A stretch of DNA of 64,000 bases from positions 180,227-244,226 of the forward strand of contig CAVPRW010000024.1 in the NCBI GenBank assembly GCA_963707985.1, read 5' to 3'. The notes beneath the pieces were generated by a model that was given only the letters and a program-made list of their open reading frames with translations, was not told the origin of the DNA and did not search any database. Shown here piece by piece: positions 31,097 through 41,992 of this stretch. Position 1 is the stretch's first letter. Each line of letters starts with the position of its first letter. This stretch comes from an uncultured Nitrospinota bacterium. GTDB lineage: Bacteria > Tectomicrobia > Entotheonellia > J063 > CAVPRW01. The translations under genes were made by a program, and so were the position numbers.

Positions 31097-31537
31097 CTAA
31101 CGATCCGGATTTTTCAGGCGCCGCATCAGGAGGATCTGGCTGCGGTGTCCGAGCTCATGACCGCCAAGGATCTGCAGGATGCGATCCAGACTCATCTGCA
31201 TCCCACGCGGGCCGGCATAGGTCTTCTGGAGGTCAGCGTCCTCCCATTGCCGCATGAGCTCGATCGTGCGGCCGCGTAGGCTCTTAAAATCATTCACCAG
31301 GCTTTCCGTGGTGGGATTGGTTTGCGGTGTGCGCGGTTGCACCTCTTGTCCCATGACGAAGCGATTGATGAAGGTATCCTCCGCCTGCACAATGTGCCGC
31401 ATCATATCACCGATGGTGCGGACCTTCTCGTGCTGCACAGGTTTCCATTCAAGCTCTTCCGGGCTGACTCCCTCCAGTGCTTGAAGCGTCTGGTCAAGCT
31501 GCGTTTCCATTTGCGGGTATTTCTCCAGTGCTTTCAT
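31097..31537 (-). CDS. DinB family protein
   Basis: TIGDMMRHI..AE, HELGHRSQI. Confidence 0.88.
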   Translation of the reverse strand: MKALEKYPQMETQLDQTLQALEGVSPEELEWKPVQHEKVRTIGDMMRHIVQAEDTFINRFVMGQEVQPRTPQTNPTTESLVNDFKSLRGRTIELMRQWEDADLQKTYAGPRGMQMSLDRILQILGGHELGHRSQILLMRRLKNPDR

Positions 31538-31631
31538 GCGATGCTTCCTCCTTTGTTGTCTGGGGAATAATCACTCGCCCCATGGAGCTTGACGTCTGCA
31601 CTGCTGCTGAGGATGTCTTCGACGCTCGAAG

Positions 31632-33224
31632 TCACCCCTGCTTCTTCACCACTTGGCCCGCCAACTTCCCGGTATAGCGATCTTGATCGACTACCACCTG
31701 GCCATTGAGAATAACATACGGCAGGCCGGCCGGGTACTGGTGGGGTTCCTGGAATGTCGAACGCTCAGCAATCGTGTCGGGATCGAAGATGACGAGGTCC
31801 GCATCCATACCCTCACGCACGATCCCTTTTTTCCATAGTCCAAATTTCTGAGCCGGGAACGAGGTCATCTTACGGACCGCCTCTTCGATCGACAGCAAGC
31901 GCTCTTGACGGACATACTTGCCGAGAATGCGAGGATACGACCCATAAATACGGGGATGAGGCTTGCCATGGCTCCAGATGCCGTCGGTGCCGATCATGGT
32001 CGCCGGATGGCACATGACGGTGCGGACATCTTCTTCTGCCATGGTGAACATAATCATCGCTACTGCACATTCCTCATCGAGGAGCAAGTTAAAAACGCTT
32101 TCCAGCGGTTCCTCCCCGCGCATCTCGGCGATCTGCTGCAGGGATTTCCCCTCACAGACTTTGTTCCCCGCCGACTTCACGGAAGCGATGAGAATCTCAT
32201 CCCAAGTGCAGCCGCGGATCATGTTCTCGCCGTGCTGAGGATCGGCGACCATGGCGGCTCTGATGTCCCGCCGCGTCGCTGGATCACGTAGCCGCTCCAC
32301 GATCTTTGGCACGCCGCCGACTTGAGCCGATGGTGGCAAGAGCGACACCAGCGTCGTGCTGCTGGCGGTATAAGGATATTGATCGACCGTGATGTCTAGA
32401 CCATGCGCTCGTTCGGCATCAAGTCGTGTCAAGGTCTCACGGACTTTGCCGTGATTAGCTTTTCCCGACGCCTTGTGATGCGAGATCTGCACTGGGATTT
32501 CTGCATGCCGGCCGATCTGAATCGCCTCACCGAAGGCCTCGCACAGCCGTTCCCCCTCGTTGCGCATATGGGTCGCGTAGAGGCCACCATGGCGAGCTGC
32601 CACCTTGGCTATGTCGATGATCTCATCGGTCTGCGCATAAGTCCCCGGCACATAGACCAGGCCGGTGGAGAGGCCGAACGCCCCCTGTTCCATCGACTCG
32701 CGCATCAGCGCCTTCATGGTGTCGAGCTCAGCCGCGCTGGGAGCCCGTTGCTCGTAACCCATGGCCGCCGCCCGCAGGGCGCCATGTCCGATTAGTGGCG
32801 CAATGTTGATGGCCAATCGGGCTTGCGCGATGCTGTCGAGGTATTCGCCTAAGCTTCGCCAGTTCCAGGGCACCCCTTGTTCGGGGGCAATGAATCCCTC
32901 AACGTACTTTCTGACCAATCCGACGGTTGACGGATGCACCGGCGCAGCGGAGAACCCGCAATTGCCGTTGACCTCGGTGGTAATCCCCTGGCGTAGCTTG
33001 TAGTCCACCACGGTTTTGTCGAACGGTGTGAAATCGCCGTGGGCGTGCACATCGATGAACCCAGGGCAGACGCACAGGCCATCGGCCTCGATCACCCGCG
33101 CCGCTTCACCCGTCATACGGCCTACGCCAGCGATGGCCGACCCTGAGACGGCGACGTCCCCCCTGAACCACGGGTTCCCAGTGCCGTCGACAACTTTGGC
33201 GTTGCGGATGATCAGATCATACAT
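31632..33224 (-). CDS. N-acyl-D-amino-acid deacylase (D-aminoacylase)
   Basis: VVDGTG, PGFIDVHAH, GNCG, THMR, SHHK, DQYPY, HPRIYGSYPR, DADLVIFDP. Confidence 0.93.
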   Translation of the reverse strand: MYDLIIRNAKVVDGTGNPWFRGDVAVSGSAIAGVGRMTGEAARVIEADGLCVCPGFIDVHAHGDFTPFDKTVVDYKLRQGITTEVNGNCGFSAAPVHPSTVGLVRKYVEGFIAPEQGVPWNWRSLGEYLDSIAQARLAINIAPLIGHGALRAAAMGYEQRAPSAAELDTMKALMRESMEQGAFGLSTGLVYVPGTYAQTDEIIDIAKVAARHGGLYATHMRNEGERLCEAFGEAIQIGRHAEIPVQISHHKASGKANHGKVRETLTRLDAERAHGLDITVDQYPYTASSTTLVSLLPPSAQVGGVPKIVERLRDPATRRDIRAAMVADPQHGENMIRGCTWDEILIASVKSAGNKVCEGKSLQQIAEMRGEEPLESVFNLLLDEECAVAMIMFTMAEEDVRTVMCHPATMIGTDGIWSHGKPHPRIYGSYPRILGKYVRQERLLSIEEAVRKMTSFPAQKFGLWKKGIVREGMDADLVIFDPDTIAERSTFQEPHQYPAGLPYVILNGQVVVDQDRYTGKLAGQVVKKQG

Positions 33225-33251
33225 CGCAAGGCTCCTTCACCCTGGTAATTC

Positions 33252-33281
33252 TCCCTCCCCTGGCGGGAGAGGGTACAGGGT
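33252..33281. repeat. REP-like palindrome copy
   Basis: CTCCCTCCCCTGGCGGGAGAGGGTACAGGG. Confidence 0.6.
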
Positions 33282-33862
33282 AGCGCCAGATGCCCCTACA
33301 ATGCGGAGCTATTATCAGACCATGTTACAATGGCTGTCAAGTCGATGGAGGAAGGATGCGTCTGGCTTCTATGCCTAGGATGTTGCATAATAGCTGCTGA
33401 TCTGGAGCTGATCGTTGTCTATCTTGATCATAATTGATTATGAACAAGTATAATCATCAGGATATTCACCGCCTTTTTCCTTGATACCATATGCTCTTTG
33501 ACACTCCTGGTTCAACATAATTTCCAAACGCCGATCAACGTTCAAGGATTCTCGTTTCCCATCGCCCTCCAAGAAGCGAACTCTTGTTATCGAGTGGCCC
33601 CAATATCGTACACCATCACACCTTGGGATTAAACACCGGGTGTAAGCTCTACCAAGGGGCATTACACGTGTGCGCGGCCATTGCGTCCCATGCCGAAACC
33701 GATTACGATGGGGTAAGCTGGCATGACCCGTTCCACCTCCTACCATGGGGGTCGACAACAGCCACAGGCGATATCACGGTCGAGCCCCTGCTCAGCGGTC
33801 GGTTTCCAGACCCCAACCGCCGCAGGTTTGAAGCTCGCCCTACTGGGTTCTGGAGGTGTATT

Positions 33863-34057
33863 GTGTCGGTGACCACGGCCCACAAAATTCTGATCTCGGT
33901 TGCGGTCCTGTTCTTCTTCGGGTATGCCTTGTGGGAGTTCCGCCAGTATTCCCGCCTGAATGAAGTGGGCGCATTGCTGCGCAGTGTTGGGGCGTTGATC
34001 GGGGCCGTGGGATTCGGGGTGTACCTCCGGTCGTTCGTGCGCTCCTTGCGCAATTAA
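33863..34057 (+). CDS. Small two-TM membrane protein
   Basis: GGAGG RBS then GTG; HKILISVAVLFFFGYALW...LIGAVGFGVYLR. Confidence 0.6.
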   Translation: MSVTTAHKILISVAVLFFFGYALWEFRQYSRLNEVGALLRSVGALIGAVGFGVYLRSFVRSLRN

Positions 34058-34221
34058 ACCGGCTCCATGACGTGGCTGCTCGTCAACCTGGAGAACGGCG
34101 CGCAGGGAGACCTCGGGGTCCACCACTCACAAGCCTGCAGAGCGCTCGCCGACAGCTTTCCCACCGGCATCATGGCGAGCTACGCTGTCCAGCAAGAGAT
34201 ACTCCTCAGAGACGCGAGCGA

Positions 34222-35491
34222 TCACCCGACGCTCGCTTCGCGGACCTGCGCTTCCAACGGCAGGACGAAAAAAAAGCGGCTGCCGCGGCCGACTTCGCTC
34301 TCGACCCCGATGCGACCGCCATGCAACTCGACGATTTTCTTGCAGATGCTCAAGCCCAGCCCGGTGCTGTGCTCGCCGGCAGTCGGTTTGACGCTGGTGC
34401 GCTGGAACGCCCCGAACAGCCGGCTCAATTCTTCAGCGCGAATACCCTGGCCGTGATCGATCACTGAAAATTCAATACCGGCCGGGATGGCGGACACCCG
34501 CAGCTGCACCACCGTATGCGTGGGAGAGAACTTTATGGCATTGCTCAGCAGATTGTTGAGCACCTGGCGAATACGTTGTTGATCGAACACCGCCATGGGA
34601 AGATTATCGGCTACCTCGGTAGATGAGATGGATTTTCTTGCGTTCCGCCAGCAGCCGATGATAGTGTTCGGTCTCCTGGAGATAGGGTCGCATGGCCACC
34701 GGCGTGGGCTGCAGATCGATTTTCCCCGACTCGATGGTGGTAATGTCGAGCAGGTCGTTGAGCAAATTCATCATACCCTGCGACAGGTTGCAAATCATGG
34801 TGCCGATCTCAACACGTTCCCTCTGTCCCATCTCCCCATCGTCGTCGAGGATGAGCTCCGCCAGGTTGTGGATATTTCCGATCGGCGACCGCAGGTCATG
34901 CGCCGCCATCCCCAACAGCTCATTTTTCAGGGTATTCATCTCCTCGAGAGCGAGATTCTTTTCCTGGAGCTCCCAGGTACGGGCCCGCACTTTGGCTTCC
35001 AACGCGTTATTGGCCTGCTGCAGTTCTGCGATCAAACACCGCCGCTCACGTAATAGGTTATGATGTTCGACCGCTTTATCGATGATGGCTTCGAGCTCGT
35101 TGGCCTCCCACGGCTTGCTGACATAGTAGTAGATTTTCCCTTGATTGATGGCCTGCATCACAGCATCGAGATCAGCATACGCGGTCATCAGGATGCGTGT
35201 CACATCGGGCTCCAGAAACGCGACGTGAGCGAGCAGTTCGGAGCCGCTTATTCCTGGCATGCGCTGATCGGCCATGATGACGGCTATTTGCCCCTGGCGT
35301 ATGATGGCCAGCGCGTCCGCAACGTCGCGAGTGCCGAGCACCTGATAGCGCCCACGGAACAACTCTTCAACGGAGGCGATGACCGCTTCGTGGTCATCGA
35401 CGACGAGTAGGGTGTGCGGAGCCCCCGCAGCAATTGATGAACCATTGTGGCGAGCGCTTGGGATGATGTCTTCGATTGGCACAGAAGCCAT
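34222..35491 (-). CDS. Hybrid response regulator-sensor histidine kinase (REC-HisKA-HATPase), frameshift near 34610
   Basis: [52 protein letters not shown]. Confidence 0.92.
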
Positions 35492-35744
35492 GCGTTCGTC
35501 CCTCCCTTCTCCTTTGATCAACTTTACTCCGGGATTTCGCGGAACGCAAGATATCCGCTTCGAACACCGTCCTCCGCTCGTCGGCAGAGGGGCATCGGAA
35601 AGTCCGTGTGATCATCCCGCCGTGGATCATACGCCAATCCTCTCCCAAAGGGCGAGGGAGAAGGCGGGGATGGTTGTTCACATGCAGAGTCTCTGGTATA
35701 ACAGGGGCAGGTAGGTATGATGAGACCGCAGGAGGAATGCATTC

Positions 35745-36636
35745 ATGTTCAAGCTGCCAATTGTGGGCCCAACCTCCCACTATTTCTATTCGCAACGGCT
35801 GAAGCTGCACTACGTCGATTGGGGCAACCCTGAGAAACCGCTCATGGTGCTTGTCCATGGCGGTCGCGACCACGCGCGCAATTGGGACCAGGTGGCGTTA
35901 CAGCTGCGTCCTACGTTTCATATCATCGCACCCGACTTGCGCGGCCACGGGGATTCGCAGTGGGCACGCGGGAGCGAATATTCGATGGTCGAGTATGTGC
36001 TCGACCTAGCCCAACTCCTGGAGCAGCTCGCGGTCTTCCCGGTGCTCCTGATCGGCCATTCGCTGGGAGGCGGCATTGTGCTGCAGTACAGTGGGGTTTA
36101 TCCGGAGCGTGTGGGCAAGGTCGTGGCCATCGAAGGGTTGGGACCGACCCCGACAGGCATCATCCCACGTCCGCCATATCAACGCATGCAGGCCTGGATC
36201 AACGAAATGCAAACCTTTGCCGGCCGCCAGACGCATCGCTATGCGACGCTTGCCGATGCGGTGCAACGTATGCGCGAGGCCAACCCACGGCTGACCGAAA
36301 CGATGGCGGCGCATCTCACCCTGCACGGCACCACTCGGTATGAGGATGGCACCTACACATGGAAATTCGATAACTATGTGCGGGCCTCGTCACCGTATGA
36401 TTTTAACATGGAAGACGCACGCGCCCTCTGGGAGCGCATCACCTGCCCCACCCTGCTGATTCGTGGGGCTGACAGCCGTGCCTCCGATCCGGAGCGTGAT
36501 GGGCGAGCATCGGCCTTCCACCATCGGCAGTGTTGTCACCATCGCCAACGCGGCCCATTGGGTGCACCACGATCAGCTCGACGCCTTTCTGCAGGTCGTC
36601 GAGGCCTTTCTCGCAGACAGAATGCCGAAGCCGTAG
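35745..36636 (+). CDS. Alpha/beta hydrolase (frameshift near 36525)
   Basis: HGGRDHARNW, DLRGHGDS, GHSLGG; true C-terminus AAHWVHHDQ in a shifted frame ending TAG 36636. Confidence 0.9.
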
Positions 36637-36653
36637 CCAGAGGGGGTAGGAGC

Positions 36654-37488
36654 GTGTGTTTCTCCGATACACGGGTGCGACGGGTAGAGCTCATCGCGGT
36701 GGGGCGCGAGGTTCTGCGCGGTCGTGTGCTCGACACCAATTCCAATTGGCTGGCGAAGGAATTGACTGAATTGGGCGGGGAGGTCAGCCGCCTCTGTGTC
36801 GTCGATGACGTGCCTCAGGAGATCGTGCGTGAGCTCCACGCGGCCATGCAGCATGGCACCCCGGTCATCTGTACCACGGGTGGTCTAGGGCCAACTTTCG
36901 ACGATCGCACGCTCGAATCGATCGCCCAAGCCGTCGGTCTCCCCCTGGTTAGGCATGAGGCGGCTTATGCGTTTGTTGCCGAGACCTATCGGCGCCTGCA
37001 TGCTGAGGGGGCGGTGACCCACTCGGATATGGTGCCGAGTCGGGAAAAGATGGCCCTGTTGCCGCAGGGGGCCGAGATGCTCCCCAATCCCAGCGGCTCG
37101 GCTCCCGGCATGCTCCTACGCTGGCGACAATACGTGATCATTGCCATGCCAGGCCCCCCCAGCGAGATGCGCCCGATGTTTAAGACCTTCGTGGCACCGC
37201 TGCTCGCAAACCCGCTGGGTCGGGCGGCATCGGCTGGAAATTGCCGTCCAGACCGATGTCGCAGATGAATCGCTGCTCAACCCATTGTTCGAACGCGTCA
37301 TGGCGTCGGTAGCCGGGAGTTATCTCAAAGCCGATCCCAAAGGTTTTGGCCGAGAGGTACGGCTGGTGGTGTACATCACCGGCGAGGGCGCCAGCGAGGA
37401 GGCGGCACGCACCATCGTCCAACAAGCGCGCGAGCAACTCAGGAATGCTTTGGAGGCCCTAGGGCATGGGTTGGCCGCGGCGGAGTGA
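36654..37488 (+). CDS. cinA: CinA-like / molybdopterin-binding domain protein (frameshift near 37210)
   Basis: AVGREVLRGRVLDTNS, GGLGPTFDDRT, NPSGSAPG, MPGPPSEM. Confidence 0.82.
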
Positions 37489-37906
37489 GCGCGCCTGGGA
37501 TCGGATAGTAGCGGAACACGTCATCGTGGTTCCAGAAACCCATGGCCTCACGGTGGATGATCAGGTAATGCTGCACCCGCTGGGCCTGGGCCCGCAGCTC
37601 GGCATACCGCACCATGTCGGCATTGAGGGCCTGGTAGGCCGCCGGGTCGCCGCTGCCGTCTTGCTGCAGTCGAGCCATGGCCGGCTCGATGATTTGACGC
37701 AGCCTTGCCATGTCCCCCAGCAGCGCATCCAGGCGGTCTCCGTAACGCCCTGATTGGGAGGCGATCTCTTCCAGAATCTCCCGTTCCACTGCCGCCAATG
37801 TGTTGCGGGGCTTTGAGGTCGCTTCTTGGCGGCGATACTTCTTTTTCAGGTCATCGAGGTCGAAGCTGCCGCCCACATGATCGAGGTCGTCCAGCGATTC
37901 TCCCAT
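37439..37906 (-). CDS. Hypothetical helical protein
   Basis: 155 aa, GGGAG RBS, coiled-coil-like, ends YLIIHREAMGF..YPIP. Confidence 0.7.
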   Translation of the reverse strand: MGESLDDLDHVGGSFDLDDLKKKYRRQEATSKPRNTLAAVEREILEEIASQSGRYGDRLDALLGDMARLRQIIEPAMARLQQDGSGDPAAYQALNADMVRYAELRAQAQRVQHYLIIHREAMGFWNHDDVFRYYPIPGALTPPRPTHALGPPKHS

Positions 37907-38023
37907 GATCTCCCACCTTGACTTTGCCGACTTTCTACCCTAGTGTGGTCCCTGTGTATCGTAACGCTACAGGCGAGTCGCAACACGCCGCAAAGAGCTA
38001 ACTATAACTGAAGCCATGGGTGG

Positions 38024-38803
38024 ATGGCAATGCCTTCTGGAAACGTGACACCGCAGTTGATCGTCACTGCCGACGATTTTAACCTTTCGGAAGGGGTCAG
38101 CCGAGGCATTCTTGATGCGCATCAGCATGGTATCGTCACCGAGACGTCGGTGATGGTCAATCTCGGTGACCTACAGCACGCGGCAGCGCTATTGGTGGGT
38201 GCCCCGCGGTTGGCAGTGGGCTTGCACCTCAATATCACGCGCGGGCAGCCGCTGGCACCACCAAGCGTGGTTGCAGGGATCCTCGGGGCGGATGGCCAGT
38301 TCTGCGGATCGCCGCAGGCGTTGCCAGTGCAGATGCAGGCTGCTACCGTGCAGGCCGAGTTCCAGGCCCAAGTGGGCGCTTTTGTGCGCGTCTTCGGCCG
38401 TCTGCCGCGGCATTTGGATACGCACCATCATGTGCACCAACACCCCGTAGTGCTAGAGGTGCTGCTCGATCTCGCGGCCTCGCTGCACCTGCCGGTACGC
38501 AGCATCGATGCGCCCATGCGTGCCACCGTGATGGCACGGGGGCTGGGCAGCCCCGCATACTTTCTGGGAGATGCGGGAGACGAACCCTATTGGACGCTAA
38601 CGCGCTTACGATCAACGATTCCGACGTTGTTGCCAGGTGTCACGGAGTTGATGTGCCATCCCGGCTATTTCGATGACGCCATCGCCTACAGCCGCTATGG
38701 TCCACAGCGCGATGTCGAACGCCAGTCTCTGTGCGCCCCTGAAGTGGCTGACATGGTACGGGAGCACGGGGTGCAGTTGGTGACCTACGCCGCCCTGCAA
38801 TGA
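38024..38803 (+). CDS. ChbG/YdjC/HpnK family deacetylase
   Basis: LIVTADDF, GLHLNI, HLDTHHHVH, ELMCHPGY. Confidence 0.92.
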   Translation: MAMPSGNVTPQLIVTADDFNLSEGVSRGILDAHQHGIVTETSVMVNLGDLQHAAALLVGAPRLAVGLHLNITRGQPLAPPSVVAGILGADGQFCGSPQALPVQMQAATVQAEFQAQVGAFVRVFGRLPRHLDTHHHVHQHPVVLEVLLDLAASLHLPVRSIDAPMRATVMARGLGSPAYFLGDAGDEPYWTLTRLRSTIPTLLPGVTELMCHPGYFDDAIAYSRYGPQRDVERQSLCAPEVADMVREHGVQLVTYAALQ

Positions 38804-38819
38804 GCCTTCTGTGGCCGTG

Positions 38820-40565
38820 CTACCAGCCGATGGCATAGGCCGGTAGGAGGGTCGACAGCTCCCCGCGCGGATCAGCACCGCCGTGGACCACGCCACGGTC
38901 GCCGTCCACCTGCACGCCCACGACATAGCCTTCGATCCAATCCGGTTGAATCACGATGTGGTGCCCCTTGGCTTGCAGCGCGCGACGCACCTCATACGGC
39001 ACACGGCCCTCGACCCGTAACACGCCGGGTTCGGCGGCATGGGGGTAAATCGAGCTGGGGAAATGTTTGCTGCTGAACTTTGGCGCTTCGATCGCCTCTT
39101 GTAGCGGCATACCGAACTCGACCACATTGAGGAAGCATTGCAGCGTCCACTGATCCTGCTGATCCAGTCCCATAGTGCCAAACGCCATGAACGGCTTGCC
39201 GTCGCGCAGGACGAGAGAGGGTGTCAAGGTCGTGCGCGGTCGCTTGCGCGGCTCCAAGGCATTGGGATGCTGAGAGTCCAGATAGAACACCTGAATGCGT
39301 GTCGTTAATGGGAAGCCCAGTCCTTCCACGATAGGCGACCCGGACAACCAGGCGCCGCTTGGGGTGGCTGCGACCAGGTTGCGCTGGTCATCGACGACGG
39401 CCACATGAACCGTGCCGCGCTGCCATTCACGACCGACCAGGGGACCAGGTTTCGACCATAGCGCCTTGCCGTTGATGGGGTCACCTGGACGCAATTCGAG
39501 GGAGGCGCGCTGGGGGTCGATCAGCGTACGGCGTGCGCTGGTATAGGGTTCCGAGAGCAACTCCTGGATGGGAACATGCACGAAATCAGGATCACCGTAG
39601 TAGGCTTCCCGGTCCGCAAAGGCGAGCTTCGCCGCCTCGGTGACCAGATGCATGTAGTCGACCGTGTTGTGCCCCATGGCCTGTAGATCATACCCTTCCA
39701 ACAGCCGCAATTGCTGCAGGAAGACCGGGCCTTGACTCCAGGGACCACACTTGAAGACCTGATAGCCGCGGTAGTGGGCGGAAACTGGGGTCTCGACCTT
39801 GGTTTCGAAAGCGGCGAGATCATCAACGTCGAGCAGTCCCCCATGGCGCTGCACAAAGGTGGCGATCTGGTGGGCGATGTCCCCCGTATAAAAGGCCTCA
39901 CGAGCAGCCTTCAGACCGGCCATTCTTCCCTGGGAAGCGGATTGGCGCTCGGCCTCCAGCAGGCGTTCGAACGTCTGGGCGAGGTCAGGGTTGCGGAAGA
40001 GCGTGCCGACTTCAGGTAGTTGCATCTGAGGCAGATAGAGCTGGGCCGAGGTCGGCCAGTGTTCCTGGAACGTCTCGCGGCAATGCCAGATGGAGAATGC
40101 CAGATAATCGCTGGGACCCACCAGCCCGGCATGCACGGGGAAACCGTCACGGGCCAAATCGAGCGCTGGGTGCAGGACGTCGGCCAGCGTCATGGTGCCG
40201 AAACGTTCCAGCGCTGTGATGAGTGCTCCAGGTGCAGCTGGAACGCCTGCGGCCAGCAAGCCTTCGCCTGGAATCAGCGCGATGCCCTGCTTGGTGAACC
40301 ACTCGATGGTGGCGCGCTGAGGAGCCGTGGTGTTGCCGTTGATGGCTGACACCTGGCCTGACTCTGCCATGTAGACGAGCATGGGCACCTCGCCACCGAT
40401 GGTGTGCATGTGGGGATTCAGCACCCCCTCGGCGAAAATGGCTGCTACCGCGGCATCGACGGCATTGCCTCCGCGCTTCAGGGTGTCGACTCCAATCAAT
40501 GCCGACAGGTAATGCTCCGTCGCCACCATGCCGTGCGTGCCCATGATCGTCGGACGAAAAGGCAA
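38820..40565 (-). CDS. ggt: Gamma-glutamyltransferase family protein
   Basis: GGNAVDAA, LAFADRE, GTVH (catalytic Thr), PRTTLTP, GGADPRG. Confidence 0.92.
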   Translation of the reverse strand: MPFRPTIMGTHGMVATEHYLSALIGVDTLKRGGNAVDAAVAAIFAEGVLNPHMHTIGGEVPMLVYMAESGQVSAINGNTTAPQRATIEWFTKQGIALIPGEGLLAAGVPAAPGALITALERFGTMTLADVLHPALDLARDGFPVHAGLVGPSDYLAFSIWHCRETFQEHWPTSAQLYLPQMQLPEVGTLFRNPDLAQTFERLLEAERQSASQGRMAGLKAAREAFYTGDIAHQIATFVQRHGGLLDVDDLAAFETKVETPVSAHYRGYQVFKCGPWSQGPVFLQQLRLLEGYDLQAMGHNTVDYMHLVTEAAKLAFADREAYYGDPDFVHVPIQELLSEPYTSARRTLIDPQRASLELRPGDPINGKALWSKPGPLVGREWQRGTVHVAVVDDQRNLVAATPSGAWLSGSPIVEGLGFPLTTRIQVFYLDSQHPNALEPRKRPRTTLTPSLVLRDGKPFMAFGTMGLDQQDQWTLQCFLNVVEFGMPLQEAIEAPKFSSKHFPSSIYPHAAEPGVLRVEGRVPYEVRRALQAKGHHIVIQPDWIEGYVVGVQVDGDRGVVHGGADPRGELSTLLPAYAIGW

Positions 40566-40582
40566 AGCGTTTCTCCTCTTAG

Positions 40583-40975
40583 CTATTTCTCCCTCTCCCT
40601 CCGGGAGAGGGCCGGGGTGAGGGAAGTGACTTTCTCCACAACTGTTAACAACACCCCTTCAAGATTCCTGAGTACATCCAGGTTACTGAAACGTATGATA
40701 TAGATACCTCGTGTTTGCAGAAACGCAGTCCTGGCTTCATCCCCCTTCTGACCTTCCTTTGTGTAATGCTGTCCACCATCAAGCTCGATACAGAGCCTGT
40801 AGTCATGACAATAAAAATCGAGGATGTACGGCCCAATCGAGTGCTGACGTCTGAATTTGAGTCCCAGCAGCTGACGGCTACGGAGAATGCTCCAGAGAAG
40901 TTTTTCTGCGTCGGTCTGATCTTTGCGCAGCCTTCGCGCGAAATCGAGAAATTCAGGGTCCAAAGGGGCTTTCAT
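40583..40975 (-). CDS. DUF559 / Vsr-like endonuclease domain protein
   Basis: ARRLRKDQTDAEKLLW, KFRRQH, YILDFYC, IELDGGQH, IRFSN. Confidence 0.92.
   Translation of the reverse strand: MKAPLDPEFLDFARRLRKDQTDAEKLLWSILRSRQLLGLKFRRQHSIGPYILDFYCHDYRLCIELDGGQHYTKEGQKGDEARTAFLQTRGIYIIRFSNLDVLRNLEGVLLTVVEKVTSLTPALSRREREK
40591..40623 (+). repeat. REP-like palindrome, left flank of DUF559 gene
   Basis: CCCTCTCCCTCCGGGAGAGGGCCGGGGTGAGGG. Confidence 0.85.
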
Positions 40976-40979
40976 GCCA

Positions 40980-41012
40980 CCCTCACCCTAACCCTCTCCC
41001 GGAGGGAGAGGG
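40980..41012 (-). repeat. REP-like palindrome, right flank of DUF559 gene (inverted)
   Basis: CCCTCACCCTAACCCTCTCCCGGAGGGAGAGGG; reverse complement matches left copy at 30/33. Confidence 0.85.
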
Positions 41013-41061
41013 CATGTAAAACAGACAAAAGAGGGAAGTATGCACACTTTCACCTCGACCC

Positions 41062-41973
41062 TTAACCCCTAATCGCCGCCTGTGCGAACTCGACGTTGAC
41101 ATGTTCAGCGTAGGGATAGCGCTTGCTGATAAACCCACCGCCGATAAGGATATCTTGCAAATAATTGAACCCCTCTTCCCGTAACAGAGGATCGCGTGAC
41201 CAGGTCTCTTGGGTCAGATAGCGCCGTACGGCACGCGTCCGGATGTCCGGCTCGACATCGGGGAAAGAAGGCGATATGAGCTGAGAAATCTCCTCTGCAG
41301 CGTGCTGGAAGATCCACTGCTGAGCATGATAATAAGCCTCGGTAAAGCGCTGCAGGACCTCGGCATGGCTCGCCGCATATGCTGGTGTGGTGAGATAGGC
41401 ACTGAAGGGTATGGCGCCCACCGCGTCGCCCTCAGAGGCGACCACCGAGCCCCGTCCGCTGTGGACCAGGCGCTCGACCGCTGGCTGCCCTTGCTCGATG
41501 TAGTCGGCCTCGCCGCGCAGGAACATCTGCACCGCCTGCGCGGTCGGCACCTCGGTGATCAGCGTGATGGCACCGATGTCGATGCCATAATTACGCAGCA
41601 CTTGTTGTAGACACAGCCAGGGTGTCTCCGCCTCGGCGAACAGGATAACCCGGCTACCCATCAGGTCCGCCCACTGAAACCGTGGTTGTGGCCCGTGACC
41701 GACCACAAAAAAGCCATCCCGATTATTGACCTGTATGATACTGATGATCCGGTCGGGACTGCCCTTTTCAGCAAGATCAAGGCCCCGGATGGGTCCGCTC
41801 AGGCCAAGCTCGGCCTCGCCCTTCACGAGTGCGCTGGTAAGCTCCCCGCCGCTATCGGCCGTCCTGACCTCGACCGCCAGTTTCTGCCGTTCAAAAACCC
41901 CCAGATGCATGGCGACGAAGTGGGGCGTGTAAAAAAGCGAGTGAAACCGCAGGATGATGCGCACAGTATCCAT
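41062..41973 (-). CDS. ABC transporter substrate-binding protein (SsuA/NMT1/THI5-like)
   Basis: HSLFYTPHFVA, GEAELGLSGP, RDGFF, PFSAY. Confidence 0.85.
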   Translation of the reverse strand: MDTVRIILRFHSLFYTPHFVAMHLGVFERQKLAVEVRTADSGGELTSALVKGEAELGLSGPIRGLDLAEKGSPDRIISIIQVNNRDGFFVVGHGPQPRFQWADLMGSRVILFAEAETPWLCLQQVLRNYGIDIGAITLITEVPTAQAVQMFLRGEADYIEQGQPAVERLVHSGRGSVVASEGDAVGAIPFSAYLTTPAYAASHAEVLQRFTEAYYHAQQWIFQHAAEEISQLISPSFPDVEPDIRTRAVRRYLTQETWSRDPLLREEGFNYLQDILIGGGFISKRYPYAEHVNVEFAQAAIRG

Positions 41974-41992
41974 AAAGGTCTTTTGCGTCCTC

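Noticed and set aside
35745..37268. Apparent 507-aa hydrolase-CinA fusion
   Set aside because: Artifact of a frameshift: the hydrolase's own C-terminus (AAHWVHHDQ, stop 36636) lies in another frame, and CinA has its own RBS/GTG
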